In this document: piece after piece, positions 1-7,717 of the stretch
Position numbering within the stretch: position 1 is the stretch's first letter
Layout: each line of letters starts with the position of its first letter
DNA from: a virus
Taxonomy: Duplodnaviria; Heunggongvirae; Uroviricota; Caudoviricetes
Reading direction: 5' to 3' (one strand)
Length of the DNA: 9,228 nt
IMG/VR virus record: IMGVR_UViG_2585427777_000010
Position numbers and translations under genes: made by a program
The notes under the pieces: generated by a model
The model's input: the letters and a program-made list of their open reading frames with translations, nothing else
Told to the model about the DNA's origin: nothing
Databases searched by the model: none

Positions 1-206
1 ACGTCATGGAGCTGAGGCCATGCAGTGACTTCACGTAATGACATCCCCCCGGGGCCGTAAGCCAGCCCCAGACGTAGCAGAGTTGCAGCATCACGAATTT
101 CGCGGCGGCGGGTTAGAGCCCCGGCATTACGTGCCGAAGTATCCAGTTCTTCGGGCTTACCAATATGGGCCAGAATTGCTGACCAGTTATCGTGAGAGTA
201 ATTCAT
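1..206 (-). CDS. insL: IS186 transposase, N-terminal 68 codons (partial; continues beyond window start)
   Basis: Reverse-complement translation from the ATG at 206-204 gives MNYSHDNWSAILAHIGKPEELDTSARNAGALTRRREIRDAATLLRLGLAYGPGGMSLREVTAWPQLHD, which I recognise as the IS186 transposase N-terminus. It is absent from the ORF track because it has no stop inside the window. Confidence 0.85.
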   Translation of the reverse strand, partial: MNYSHDNWSAILAHIGKPEELDTSARNAGALTRRREIRDAATLLRLGLAYGPGGMSLREVTAWPQLHD

Positions 207-238
207 CGGCACGTTAAATCATATCAGGCGTAATACCA

Positions 239-261
239 CAACCCTTAAGTTAGCGCTTATG
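239..261. repeat. IS186 terminal inverted repeat (one end)
   Basis: Plus strand caacccttaagttagcgcttatg is the reverse complement of the remembered IS186 terminus CATAAGCGCTAACTTAAGGGTTG, 33 nt upstream of the transposase ATG. Confidence 0.65.
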
Positions 262-433
262 GGAGCAAATCCCCGCCTCATTAGAGGTCAACGTAGCTTA
301 GAAACCATCAAATTCATCATACATTTTTTTCATATCAACCCCCTCATAGAAATCATAACCACGTTTTGTGGTTTTTGTGACGTATAAACTACATCAAAGG
401 CAAGCCACGGTCAAATATATAGGCATGCTTACC

Positions 434-460
434 TGCACAAAAGTGCACAAATTTGCACAA
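434..460. repeat. Three phased direct repeats of TGCACAA at a 10-bp period, each followed by an A/T tract (fourth copy at 526-532)
   Basis: TGCACAA at 434-440, 444-450 and 454-460, with a fourth GTGCACAAAAAAA at 526-532, in a non-coding region. Confidence 0.6.
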
Positions 461-833
461 TTTTTTTGAACGACTTTTTACCCTTCCGGCCCGCATGGCG
501 GCTGGATCCGTCAAGGATCCGTGCGTGCACAAAAAAACGCGCTTTTTCTGCGCGCAGGTGACGGGGGAACAGCCCGCGTTTCAGGGGGTAAATAGCATTC
601 CCTGAACGATGTCGCAGAGATACAACAGAATGGCTGTATTTCTCACGCTGAGCGTGAAAAAGACGTGAGGGCTTTTGATTTGATGGGGTGAAAGGTAAGG
701 CCGTCAAAATCGCACTGAGACGGCGAGAACATGCAGTCAACGCGGTGGGATTGCGTAAGAGTCTGGCTGTCGATGATGGCAATAAGCAGGAAAGCGTCGT
801 GAAATTATCTGATTGATACAGGAGCTGGAGAGT

Positions 834-858
834 CGGGGCATAAATTTTTTATGCCCCG
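834..858 (-). terminator. Perfect hairpin about 27 nt downstream of the Q stop; candidate terminator or RNA-stability element of the P-Q transcript
   Basis: cggggcataaa-ttt-tttatgccccg, an 11-bp stem (GC-rich at the base, AT-rich at the top). There is no clear U-tract on the minus-strand transcript, so an intrinsic-terminator call is tentative. Confidence 0.4.
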
Positions 859-884
859 GCGAAGCAGCAGACAAGCGAAGCGCG

Positions 885-1931
885 TCAGGATGTGGGCTGG
901 GTGTCCAGCAGTGCATAAGGGTTAAAGCGGATCACCTCTTCGCCAAGCCAGTCATTGATGTGCTTCATGGCCTCCATGACGGGCATCAGCTCGTTAATTG
1001 CGTAAACCCGCGCGGCCTTCTCCACATCACCAAACGCACTTTTTTCGCCCGGCATCGCCCCCATCAGTTGCGGCGGAACGCGGTGCGCAGCCAGCACATC
1101 ATCACGGGATGCCGCCTTAACATTCATGAACTCATCCTTTGCGGTGATCTGCTGGAACGGCAAAATTTGCACCCCCTCTTTGCCCCCGTTGGGCGCATGG
1201 ATGAGCACGTTTTTAAACGCACCACCACCACGCGCACCCTGTAGCGTTTCTTTCAGGGAGTCCATGCTTTCGCGGTTTACCTGCGCTGCACCGATGTAGA
1301 TGATGCACCCGGCGTGGGATCCATTGTCGTAATACAGTTTTCTGAACATGTCCGCCGAATGAGACAGGCTGGCCGAGAGTAATGCGCCAAGATATTCCGG
1401 CATGCCGTAAATTTCCTGGTTAATGTCAGGATTCATCAGGTGGCACACTTTGCCAGGGCGAAACTGAAACGCGTCCTTGCCATCCTGCACATACCACCAT
1501 GATTCAAGATCGCTTCCGCGTCGCATGTATTTCGCCAGGGCGTGCCGTAATTTAAGCGGTTCGCCGAGCATATTGCTTCGAAGCTCAAGGAATGCGTTAC
1601 CGAACACAAACCAGTCCAGCGCCAGCGCCGAGAAATCCTGCCGGGAAAGCAGCGGGTGCGGAATATAGCAGCCGAGCAATACATTGCGCTTAAAGTAAAG
1701 CGCAGACTGATGCCAGGACGTTTGCCGGGCAGCTCTTGCCAGACCGTACCAGTCCACCGGGGTTTCGTACCACCGCCCGTTATCAGCACAGTACATATTG
1801 TCCAGCAGGTCATGCCCGGTCAGGCGATAAGGACCATCAAATGTGAATGCACTGAGCGATGATTCTTTCCTGAGCGCATCAGCGAGATCAATGCGTGAAC
1901 TCATGCGCACTTTTTTATTTTTTCTGCTCAT
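885..1931 (-). CDS. Q: Phage portal (capsid portal) protein, P2 gpQ-like
   Basis: 348-aa ORF in the position and orientation of P2 Q, immediately downstream of and overlapping the terminase ATPase gene. The Q start ATG (1931-1929) shares one nucleotide with the P stop TGA (1933-1931). Confidence 0.88.
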   Translation of the reverse strand: MSRKNKKVRMSSRIDLADALRKESSLSAFTFDGPYRLTGHDLLDNMYCADNGRWYETPVDWYGLARAARQTSWHQSALYFKRNVLLGCYIPHPLLSRQDFSALALDWFVFGNAFLELRSNMLGEPLKLRHALAKYMRRGSDLESWWYVQDGKDAFQFRPGKVCHLMNPDINQEIYGMPEYLGALLSASLSHSADMFRKLYYDNGSHAGCIIYIGAAQVNRESMDSLKETLQGARGGGAFKNVLIHAPNGGKEGVQILPFQQITAKDEFMNVKAASRDDVLAAHRVPPQLMGAMPGEKSAFGDVEKAARVYAINELMPVMEAMKHINDWLGEEVIRFNPYALLDTQPTS

Positions 1932-3682
1932 CAGAACTCCATAACCGTGAAACGCTCGTTTTCTCCTTCGCCGCCAATCGGTTCGTTAATGACAGCAAGC
2001 ATGGTTGCCCACGCAAGGTCGCCGTGGCTGATCCCCCTCGCTCGGTCCGTTTCGTAAGTGATAAAGCCGCCCGGTGTTTTCACCTTACGCACGGCGTTAA
2101 AGGCCGCGACCAGCTCGCGTTCGGCGCGATCGTATTCCCACCGCCCGGCACGCATTATTTGCAGCATTTTCAGTACCAGCGACCGTTTTGATGACAGCGT
2201 GAAGGTGTACGGAATAGCAGCAGGGAAAAACCGTTTCACTATCTGATAAACAGCCTCCCCGTTCCCGCCCGTCACATCAATGCCGATGTGTTCCACGTTG
2301 TAGCGATACGTGAACTCTTCAATGACTCTGGCCTGTTCTTCAAACTCCAGCCCCTGAACGCGTCGCGTCTCCACCGTTCGAAAACGGCCACCAGGAACAG
2401 CCGGAGGAACCACCACGGACACAGCGCCGCTGTCGCCGTTGCCACTGCTGCCGTTTGCGTCATACCCAATCCATACTGGACGATTCCCCATCGGGCGGGG
2501 AGCAAAAGGTTTCCAGTCTTTCCAGTCGTCGTATCCGTCAACACCGCAGCCAATCAGGATATTCAGGTTAAATGCCGATTCCCCTTCGCGGACAAACTCA
2601 CACATATAGAGATTGAGGAACTCGTCTTCGGTGTTTTCATCACGAATTTCGTCGATATCGGTGTGTTTCCAGCCGTGATTGACCACATCTTCCAGCGTGA
2701 CAATTTGCCGCCATGTCCGGTCAGGGCAGATAAGCCCGTTATGCAGCGTTTTCCAGTCCACAGAAAAACGCTGGCGTTTATGCGAGGCCTTTTTCTCGTT
2801 CCAGCGGTCGCCGTTCCAGTAGGCGTATGCCTCGTGCGTTTCGGTGGATGGCGTGGAGAAGTAGGTGCGCCGCAATCCGCTGAGGGTTGCCATAGCGCCA
2901 GCCACCTTGCGCAGTTCAGCAAAGCGACTGACCCAGAAAAATTCATCAAAATAAAAATTGCCCGTATAGGACTGTGCCGACGCAGCAGAAGTGCCGAGAA
3001 AATGCAGCTCTGCGCCGTTGGAGAGGATGATTTTATCGCCCCCTTTCAGCTCCACATCAACTTCAGCCGCGGCCTTCTGAATAATGCTTTTAAACTGGAA
3101 CGCCTGACGACGCGACGCAGACAAAAAAATCTGGTTACGCTGGTAAGGTTGCGCCACATCGTCACGCAGCGCCATCAGCAGTGCTTCCTGTGCAAAATAC
3201 CAGGTCGCCCCAATCTGTCGGGATTTCAGGATCATCCTGTTACGTATCCCGGCTTCCCTGCAAAGAGTCAGGGAGTCAAACCAGCCCCGCTGATGCCACT
3301 CCAGCCTGCTGATGATTTTTTCCCGCAGTGCAGCAATCTGTTCCGGCGTGAAATGATTTTTAAGTTTTTTCGCCCGGCCTTTCTTTCCTGTGGCCGTCGC
3401 ATCTGGCTGGCCATCATGCAGTTTTTTAAGCTGCCGGGTCAGCAGGTCTATTTCCTTGAAGTCACCACCTGTTTTATTCTGTTTTTCAGTAAGCTGGATG
3501 AGGCGCGCATCGATGGACTGCGTGACACGCTGCACGGGTGGCGTTTCATCCCACTGGTCGCGTTTTTTCCACGCATAAATCGTGTTCGGGTTTATTCCCA
3601 TCAGACGTGAGATTTCTGCGGGCGGATAACCCTGCCAGTAAAGTTGCCGCGCACGCTGGCGCACAAAAGCGTCCTGAATCAT
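1931..3682 (-). CDS. P: Terminase large (ATPase) subunit, P2 gpP-like
   Basis: 583-aa ORF of the size expected for P2 gpP (about 590 aa), transcribed divergently from the O-N-M-L cluster as in P2. A G-rich Shine-Dalgarno (GGGGGAG) precedes the ATG at 3682-3680. Confidence 0.9.
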   Translation of the reverse strand: MIQDAFVRQRARQLYWQGYPPAEISRLMGINPNTIYAWKKRDQWDETPPVQRVTQSIDARLIQLTEKQNKTGGDFKEIDLLTRQLKKLHDGQPDATATGKKGRAKKLKNHFTPEQIAALREKIISRLEWHQRGWFDSLTLCREAGIRNRMILKSRQIGATWYFAQEALLMALRDDVAQPYQRNQIFLSASRRQAFQFKSIIQKAAAEVDVELKGGDKIILSNGAELHFLGTSAASAQSYTGNFYFDEFFWVSRFAELRKVAGAMATLSGLRRTYFSTPSTETHEAYAYWNGDRWNEKKASHKRQRFSVDWKTLHNGLICPDRTWRQIVTLEDVVNHGWKHTDIDEIRDENTEDEFLNLYMCEFVREGESAFNLNILIGCGVDGYDDWKDWKPFAPRPMGNRPVWIGYDANGSSGNGDSGAVSVVVPPAVPGGRFRTVETRRVQGLEFEEQARVIEEFTYRYNVEHIGIDVTGGNGEAVYQIVKRFFPAAIPYTFTLSSKRSLVLKMLQIMRAGRWEYDRAERELVAAFNAVRKVKTPGGFITYETDRARGISHGDLAWATMLAVINEPIGGEGENERFTVMEF

Positions 3683-3836
3683 TGCTCCCCCTGAGTAATT
3701 ACAGGAAGATTACCCGCGCGCGAAACCGTTCTCCTTAACCCCCTGTTCTGGCCGTTTTCTTACAACAAAAGCCCTTTGTATCAGCCTGTTACGCTTTGCC
3801 ATCATGACTGAAGAACCAGTCAGAGGGGCAAAAACT
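3683..3836. promoter_or_regulatory. Divergent intergenic region between P (leftward) and O (rightward); expected site of the two divergent late promoters
   Basis: 154-bp non-coding gap between divergently oriented late genes; in P2 this interval carries the P and O late promoters activated by Ogr. No specific promoter elements could be assigned by eye. Location by synteny only. Confidence 0.4.
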
Positions 3837-4673
3837 ATGGCTAATGAAAAAAAGACATCCCGCAAAAAGTTTCGCGTGGCTGTCTCCGGATCAACTGTTG
3901 ATGGCCGCGAAATCAGTCCGGTGCATCTGCGTGAAGCCGCCGAGAACTTCAACCCGGATGTTTACGCCGCCCGCGTGAACGTTGAGCACTATCTCTCGCC
4001 ATGCCCGTCAAGCGAATTTTCCGCAATGGGCGATGTCACCGCGCTGAGTACGGAAGACATTACGGAAGGTCCGCTGGCCGGACGTACTGCGCTGTATGCA
4101 GAAATCGAACCGACCGAGCGCATGAAGCAGCTTGTCGCGGACGGCAAGAAAATCTATTCCAGTATCGAATTGCACCCGCAGTTCTCCGTTAACGGGCGCG
4201 CCTATCTGGTCGGGCTGGCGATGACCGACACCCCGGCAAGCCTGGGCACTGAACGCCTGAAATTCACGGCACAGCAACGTCAGGCGGTGATGACGTTCAA
4301 CAGTGTCCAGGGTGAAGCACCGCTTATCTCCGAAGCCATCGAGTCTGAAATCATCGAAATGGCAGAACAACGCCAGGAAGAAGGCACCCAGTGGTTTAAC
4401 CGCGTAATGGGGATTATTGGCCGTGGCCGCAAAGCGGATGACGCCAGTTTCTCCCGTATTCAGGAAGCGGTGGAAGGCGTCGCAACGTCACAGGCCGACA
4501 TTATCGACCGCTTTAATGCGCTGGAAACCCGCCATCAGCAGGACAGCCAGAAAATCACTTTACTGACCACAGAGCTGACAGCACTGAAGGAAAAACTGCG
4601 CACGCAGGACGGCGATCCGCAGAACCGGTTCACCGCAACGGGCGCAGCCTCCGATCAACTGGCTGACTTCTGA
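3837..4673 (+). CDS. O: Capsid scaffolding protein, P2 gpO-like
   Basis: Start chosen at the ATG at 3837 (MANEKKTSRKKFRVAVSG...), preceded by GAGGGG, rather than the track start at 3804. P2 gpO-like N-terminus, about 279 aa, with a C-terminal coiled-coil/charged region. Confidence 0.88.
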   Translation: MANEKKTSRKKFRVAVSGSTVDGREISPVHLREAAENFNPDVYAARVNVEHYLSPCPSSEFSAMGDVTALSTEDITEGPLAGRTALYAEIEPTERMKQLVADGKKIYSSIELHPQFSVNGRAYLVGLAMTDTPASLGTERLKFTAQQRQAVMTFNSVQGEAPLISEAIESEIIEMAEQRQEEGTQWFNRVMGIIGRGRKADDASFSRIQEAVEGVATSQADIIDRFNALETRHQQDSQKITLLTTELTALKEKLRTQDGDPQNRFTATGAASDQLADF

Positions 4674-4696
4674 TAAGACAAAGGAGCAAATTTTTT

Positions 4697-5749
4697 ATGA
4701 ATCTGGTGATGTCAGATATTACCCGCAACAAGCTGGGTTGCTATATGGCGCAGCAGGCGTCGCTTAACAATATCCCGGTTTCCGCACTGGTATCGCGATT
4801 TACCGTGGAACCCGCGGTGCAGCAACGTTTTGAAAACGCCTCAAAGGAAAGTACCGAATTTACGAAAAGAATTAACGTGATCGGCGTGACCGACCAGAAA
4901 GGCGAAAAAATCCTCCTGGACACCACCGGGCCAATTGCGCGCACGAATAGCAGTTATGACGGCATCAAACGCCGTAACCCGAATAACGTGATCGATATGA
5001 AGTCTCGTCAGTACCAGTGCGAACAGGTGAACTACGATACCTTTATTTCGTACCCACAGCTTGATACCTGGGCGGCCCACAGCGATTTTCAGTCCCGTAT
5101 CAGTACACAGATCGCCCGGCAGGTAGCGCTTGATCGCATCATGATTGGCTTTAACGGCACATCCCACGCCTACGAGTCTGATTTTCACACCAACAAGCTG
5201 CTTCAGGACGTAAACGTGGGCTGGCTGGAGCACATCAGAACCGATGCCAGCGAGCGCGTAATGAATGACGTGACGCTGACCTCCCGCAACATGGACAACA
5301 CTGTGGCGCACGCGGGTAAGTATGCGAATGCCGATGCTCTGGTACAGGATGCGCGCTCATCCCTGCTGGATGAATGGCACAAGGAAGCTGACGACCTCGT
5401 GGTGATTATGGGGCGCAACCTGTTTAACTCGCTGCGTCTGCCCGTGCTGAACAGCATCAGCGGCCAGAATCCCAATGCGGAATTACTTGCCGGACAGCTC
5501 ATCCTGTCATCGCGCGCCATTGGCGGACTGGATGTATTCCTTGCGCCGTTCTTCCCGGATTCAACGATGCTGATCACCTCGTTCAACAACCTGTCGATTT
5601 ACTGGCAGAAAGGTTCAATGCGTCGCCTGATGAAAGACGAGCCGGAATACAACCGCATCGCCACCTACCAGTCCATCAATGACGCTTATGTCGTTGAAGA
5701 CTATGGCAAGTGCGCGATGATCACTGGCCTGAAGTTCGCCGACAGCTAA
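4697..5749 (+). CDS. N: Major capsid protein, P2 gpN-like
   Basis: 350 aa, with blocks resembling P2 gpN (FTVEP, GEKI, NYDTFISY, IMIGFNG, DYASLDALV-like DALVQDA, LSIYW, YVVEDY). AAGGAG Shine-Dalgarno 10 nt upstream of the ATG at 4697. Confidence 0.92.
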   Translation: MNLVMSDITRNKLGCYMAQQASLNNIPVSALVSRFTVEPAVQQRFENASKESTEFTKRINVIGVTDQKGEKILLDTTGPIARTNSSYDGIKRRNPNNVIDMKSRQYQCEQVNYDTFISYPQLDTWAAHSDFQSRISTQIARQVALDRIMIGFNGTSHAYESDFHTNKLLQDVNVGWLEHIRTDASERVMNDVTLTSRNMDNTVAHAGKYANADALVQDARSSLLDEWHKEADDLVVIMGRNLFNSLRLPVLNSISGQNPNAELLAGQLILSSRAIGGLDVFLAPFFPDSTMLITSFNNLSIYWQKGSMRRLMKDEPEYNRIATYQSINDAYVVEDYGKCAMITGLKFADS

Positions 5750-5758
5750 TCAACTCAC

Positions 5759-5777
5759 GGCGGGCATCATGCCCGCC
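5759..5777 (+). other. Perfect GC-rich hairpin between the major capsid and small terminase genes
   Basis: ggcgggcat-c-atgcccgcc, 9 nt after the N stop and not followed by a T-tract; likely an mRNA 3' stabiliser or partial attenuator. Confidence 0.45.
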
Positions 5778-5794
5778 TGTAACGGAGAGAAAAA

Positions 5795-6595
5795 ATGATT
5801 ACTCCTGCACAACAACACTGGCAGAACGTGATGGCACAGCGCGCAGGCCGGGCGAATGAAGGTGTGGACCACGCCGCGCGTACCGCGCATGAAGAGGTGC
5901 TGTATCGTCTGCGTCTGGCACAGGCCAGGCTAAAGGGCGTACAGGCCAGAAGCGCGAAAGCCGCCATCAAAAAAGAGTTGTTGCCGGACTTTTCCGGCTG
6001 GATTGAGGGAACGCTGGAGACTGACGGCGGGCAACAGGACGAAGTAATTGCCACGCTGATGGTGTGGGCGATTGACTGCGGCGATCTTCCGCTGGCGCTG
6101 CGTATTGGTGCATATATGGTCCGTCACAACCTCATCATGCCGGATAACTTTGGCCGTACTGCTGCCACGGTACTGACCGAAGAAATCTGCAACCCGGTAC
6201 TGACGCAGGCCGGGACGGATGCCGACGCGGATTTATCCGCCTTTATCGAACCACTGGACACACTTTGGGAAATTGTCGCCAACCAGGACATGCCGGACGA
6301 AGTGCGCGCCAAATTATGCAAGGCGTGTGCCTTTGCCCGTCGTGGCCTGACCGATGCAGACAACATGGCCTCATCACTGAAGCTGCTGCGCGAAGCGATG
6401 CACCTGAACCCGAACGCAGGTGTGAAACGCGAGATTGCAACCCTTTCCCGCGCCCTGAAAAAAGCCGATTCCGCAGCCGCACCAGAAGACGCCAGCGCAC
6501 AGCAGACGCAGGACGAAAGCAGCAAAAGTAAAAAGACAACGCAGAAGCCTGCAACACGAAAAACCACCGCGACGCAGAAGGCAAAGCGCGGTTAA
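5795..6595 (+). CDS. M: Terminase small (endonuclease) subunit, P2 gpM-like
   Basis: 266 aa with an N-terminus (MITPAQQHW...) and internal motif (DMPDEVRAKL) resembling P2 gpM, and a basic low-complexity C-terminal tail. GGAGAG Shine-Dalgarno precedes the ATG. Confidence 0.85.
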   Translation: MITPAQQHWQNVMAQRAGRANEGVDHAARTAHEEVLYRLRLAQARLKGVQARSAKAAIKKELLPDFSGWIEGTLETDGGQQDEVIATLMVWAIDCGDLPLALRIGAYMVRHNLIMPDNFGRTAATVLTEEICNPVLTQAGTDADADLSAFIEPLDTLWEIVANQDMPDEVRAKLCKACAFARRGLTDADNMASSLKLLREAMHLNPNAGVKREIATLSRALKKADSAAAPEDASAQQTQDESSKSKKTTQKPATRKTTATQKAKRG

Positions 6596-6612
6596 CGACT
6601 GACCCCGTCAGC

Positions 6613-6683
6613 GGGCGGCGTGCGCGGTGTTCCGGTTTGACTCCGTGACCGTTTACACCGCGCACCCACCGCCCGATTTTTTC
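6613..6683 (+). terminator. Long imperfect hairpin followed by a T6 run between M and L; candidate intrinsic terminator or attenuator
   Basis: Perfect 11-bp inverted repeat gtgcgcggtgt (6620-6630) / acaccgcgcac (6655-6665), extended by gggcgg (6613-6618) / ccgccc (6669-6674), then gattttttc (6675-6683). Confidence 0.4.
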
Positions 6684-6696
6684 AGGAGTGAACCCC

Positions 6697-7191
6697 ATGA
6701 GTATGGTTGCCAGAACTAACCCCGGCCCCGCAGAGGACGACATCACCGACACCGATGATGGCGATACCCGTATTTCAGCGGGTGCATTCTGGCCGGATAT
6801 TGTGCTGCGCGAGCTGCGTCTGGCGGTACGACTGCCGGGCCGCGTGACCACCTCCCGCCTGCTGCATACCGCCACCGGGGCCATAGCACACGTTACCCGC
6901 GAGCTGGAAGCATGGCAGCAGGAACAACAGGCGGCTGGCTATCAGACGCTGGCCGATGTTCCGGCCCCTGTAATTAACGGAGAAAGCGTCAATCTCTGGC
7001 ACTGGCGCAATGCTGTTTATACCGCCACACGCGCCCTGATTCTGGAGCGTTACCGCGATGCGGACACAACGGACAAGGGCGACCGCCGGGCGGACGCACT
7101 GGATATACAGACATCGGATTTGTGGCGCGATGTGAGCTGGGCCATCTCTGACATTCTGGGACGACCGCGAATGTTTGCGGAGCTGTGCTGA
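6697..7191 (+). CDS. L: Head completion/stabilisation protein, P2 gpL-like
   Basis: Start taken at the ATG at 6697 (MSMVARTN...), 8 nt after a CAGGAG Shine-Dalgarno; the track start at 6688 is a GTG. About 165 aa, similar to P2 gpL (169 aa). The stop TGA (7189-7191) overlaps the next start. Confidence 0.85.
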   Translation: MSMVARTNPGPAEDDITDTDDGDTRISAGAFWPDIVLRELRLAVRLPGRVTTSRLLHTATGAIAHVTRELEAWQQEQQAAGYQTLADVPAPVINGESVNLWHWRNAVYTATRALILERYRDADTTDKGDRRADALDIQTSDLWRDVSWAISDILGRPRMFAELC

Positions 7192-7391
7192 TGAAAGTGA
7201 AGGCACTGGAAGGCGACACCGTGGATTCGCTCTGTTTCCGATACTACGGCACGACACAGGGCGTCACCGAAAAGGTGCTGGATGCCAACCCCGGACTCTG
7301 TCAGCAGGTATTTCTGGACGCCGGGCAGGAAGTGGAGATGCCGGAGCCGGAGAAGAAGAAACGAGAAATGATTCAGTTGTGGGGGGAGTAG
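7191..7391 (+). CDS. X: Tail protein X (LysM-like), P2 gpX-like
   Basis: 66-aa product MKVKALEGDTVDSLCFRYYGTTQGVTEKVLDANPGL... resembles P2 gpX (67 aa). Its ATG at 7191 overlaps the gpL stop (TGATG). Confidence 0.8.
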   Translation: MKVKALEGDTVDSLCFRYYGTTQGVTEKVLDANPGLCQQVFLDAGQEVEMPEPEKKKREMIQLWGE

Positions 7392-7393
7392 CA

Positions 7394-7717
7394 GTGAGCA
7401 CCATTCAAACAGGGATCACAGAGCAGGTTATTGCGTGGCTCTTTGACCACCTGCCAACGGTGTATGCAGTAGGCGCGGCGGTCAGCATTTCCGCGCTGAT
7501 GAGTCTTTATGACGGACGAACACTGGTTCAGACCGTAACGGGATCGCTGGCGTGCGGCGTTCTTGCCATGGCCGTGGCCGGGTCGCTGCGCTTCTTCGGG
7601 ATCCCTGAGGATGCAGTGACGTTTTTTGGTGCCTCAATCGGTTTTATGGGCGCAGAGAAAGCACGCGACAAGGTTATTGCAATATTTGATCGCAGGGTGA
7701 AGGAGAGGAACGAATGA
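7394..7717 (+). CDS. Y: Holin (class I-like, three predicted transmembrane segments), in the position of P2 gpY
   Basis: Translation from the GTG at 7394 (GGGGGGAG Shine-Dalgarno just upstream) gives three hydrophobic segments (VIAWLFDHLPTVYAVGAAVSISALMSL; SLACGVLAMAVAGSLRFF; VTFFGASIGFMGA) and a charged C-terminus (EKARDKVIAIFDRRVKERNE). The start is uncertain: GTG 7379 or ATG 7463 are alternatives. The long track ORF 7175-7717 is an out-of-frame upstream extension over X. Confidence 0.6.
   Translation: MSTIQTGITEQVIAWLFDHLPTVYAVGAAVSISALMSLYDGRTLVQTVTGSLACGVLAMAVAGSLRFFGIPEDAVTFFGASIGFMGAEKARDKVIAIFDRRVKERNE

Larger units (their letters stand above)
1..261 (-). mobile_element. IS186 (IS4 family) insertion sequence, partial; right-hand end at about 261
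   Basis: Minus-strand transposase N-terminus at 1-206 plus a terminal sequence at 239-261 that matches, from memory, the IS186 terminal inverted repeat (CATAAGCGCTAACTTAAGGGTTG on the minus strand). The flank begins GGAGCAAATCCCC, a G-run/C-run target typical of IS186. The element continues left of the window. Confidence 0.8.

Noticed and set aside
270-279. TCCCCGCCTC, a 10-nt match to the reverse complement of the P2 cohesive-end sequence as I recall it
   Set aside because: Only 10 of 19 positions match, and it coincides with the G-run/C-run target preference of IS186; more likely the IS target than cos.
298-333. 11-codon mini-ORF (MKKMYDEFDGF) on the minus strand with a strong GAGGGGG Shine-Dalgarno 6 nt upstream
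   Set aside because: Too short to call as a gene from sequence alone; possibly a leader peptide or coincidence. A 46-codon stop-free plus-strand frame (262-402) abutting the IS186 end was likewise judged a chance frame in AT-rich DNA rather than a gene remnant.
429-782. 117-aa minus-strand ORF in the cos-proximal non-coding region
   Set aside because: Very arginine-rich, no Shine-Dalgarno, and it spans the repeat arrays; it looks like a chance open frame. Not called, though a short accessory gene cannot be fully excluded without homology searches.
813-1244. 143-aa plus-strand ORF
   Set aside because: Antisense to the 3' part of portal gene Q and extending into the hairpin region; no ribosome-binding site context and a non-protein-like composition.
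2288-3610. 440-aa plus-strand ORF
   Set aside because: Lies entirely antisense within the terminase ATPase gene P; its translation is low-complexity and R/P-rich with no recognisable domain. Long antisense ORFs are common in GC-rich coding DNA.
3744-3767. TGTT-N16-AACA partial dyad in the P/O divergent promoter region as a possible Ogr-type activator site
   Set aside because: The spacing does not fit the TGT-N12-ACA late-promoter consensus I recall for P2/186/P4, and the internal sequence is not symmetric; retained only as the general promoter-region feature.
4841-5311. 156-aa minus-strand ORF
   Set aside because: Antisense within the major capsid gene N.
6243-6884. 213-aa minus-strand ORF (and the nested 6124-6567 ORF)
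   Set aside because: Antisense to M and L, which have clear P2 homology and proper starts; arginine- and serine-rich junk translation.
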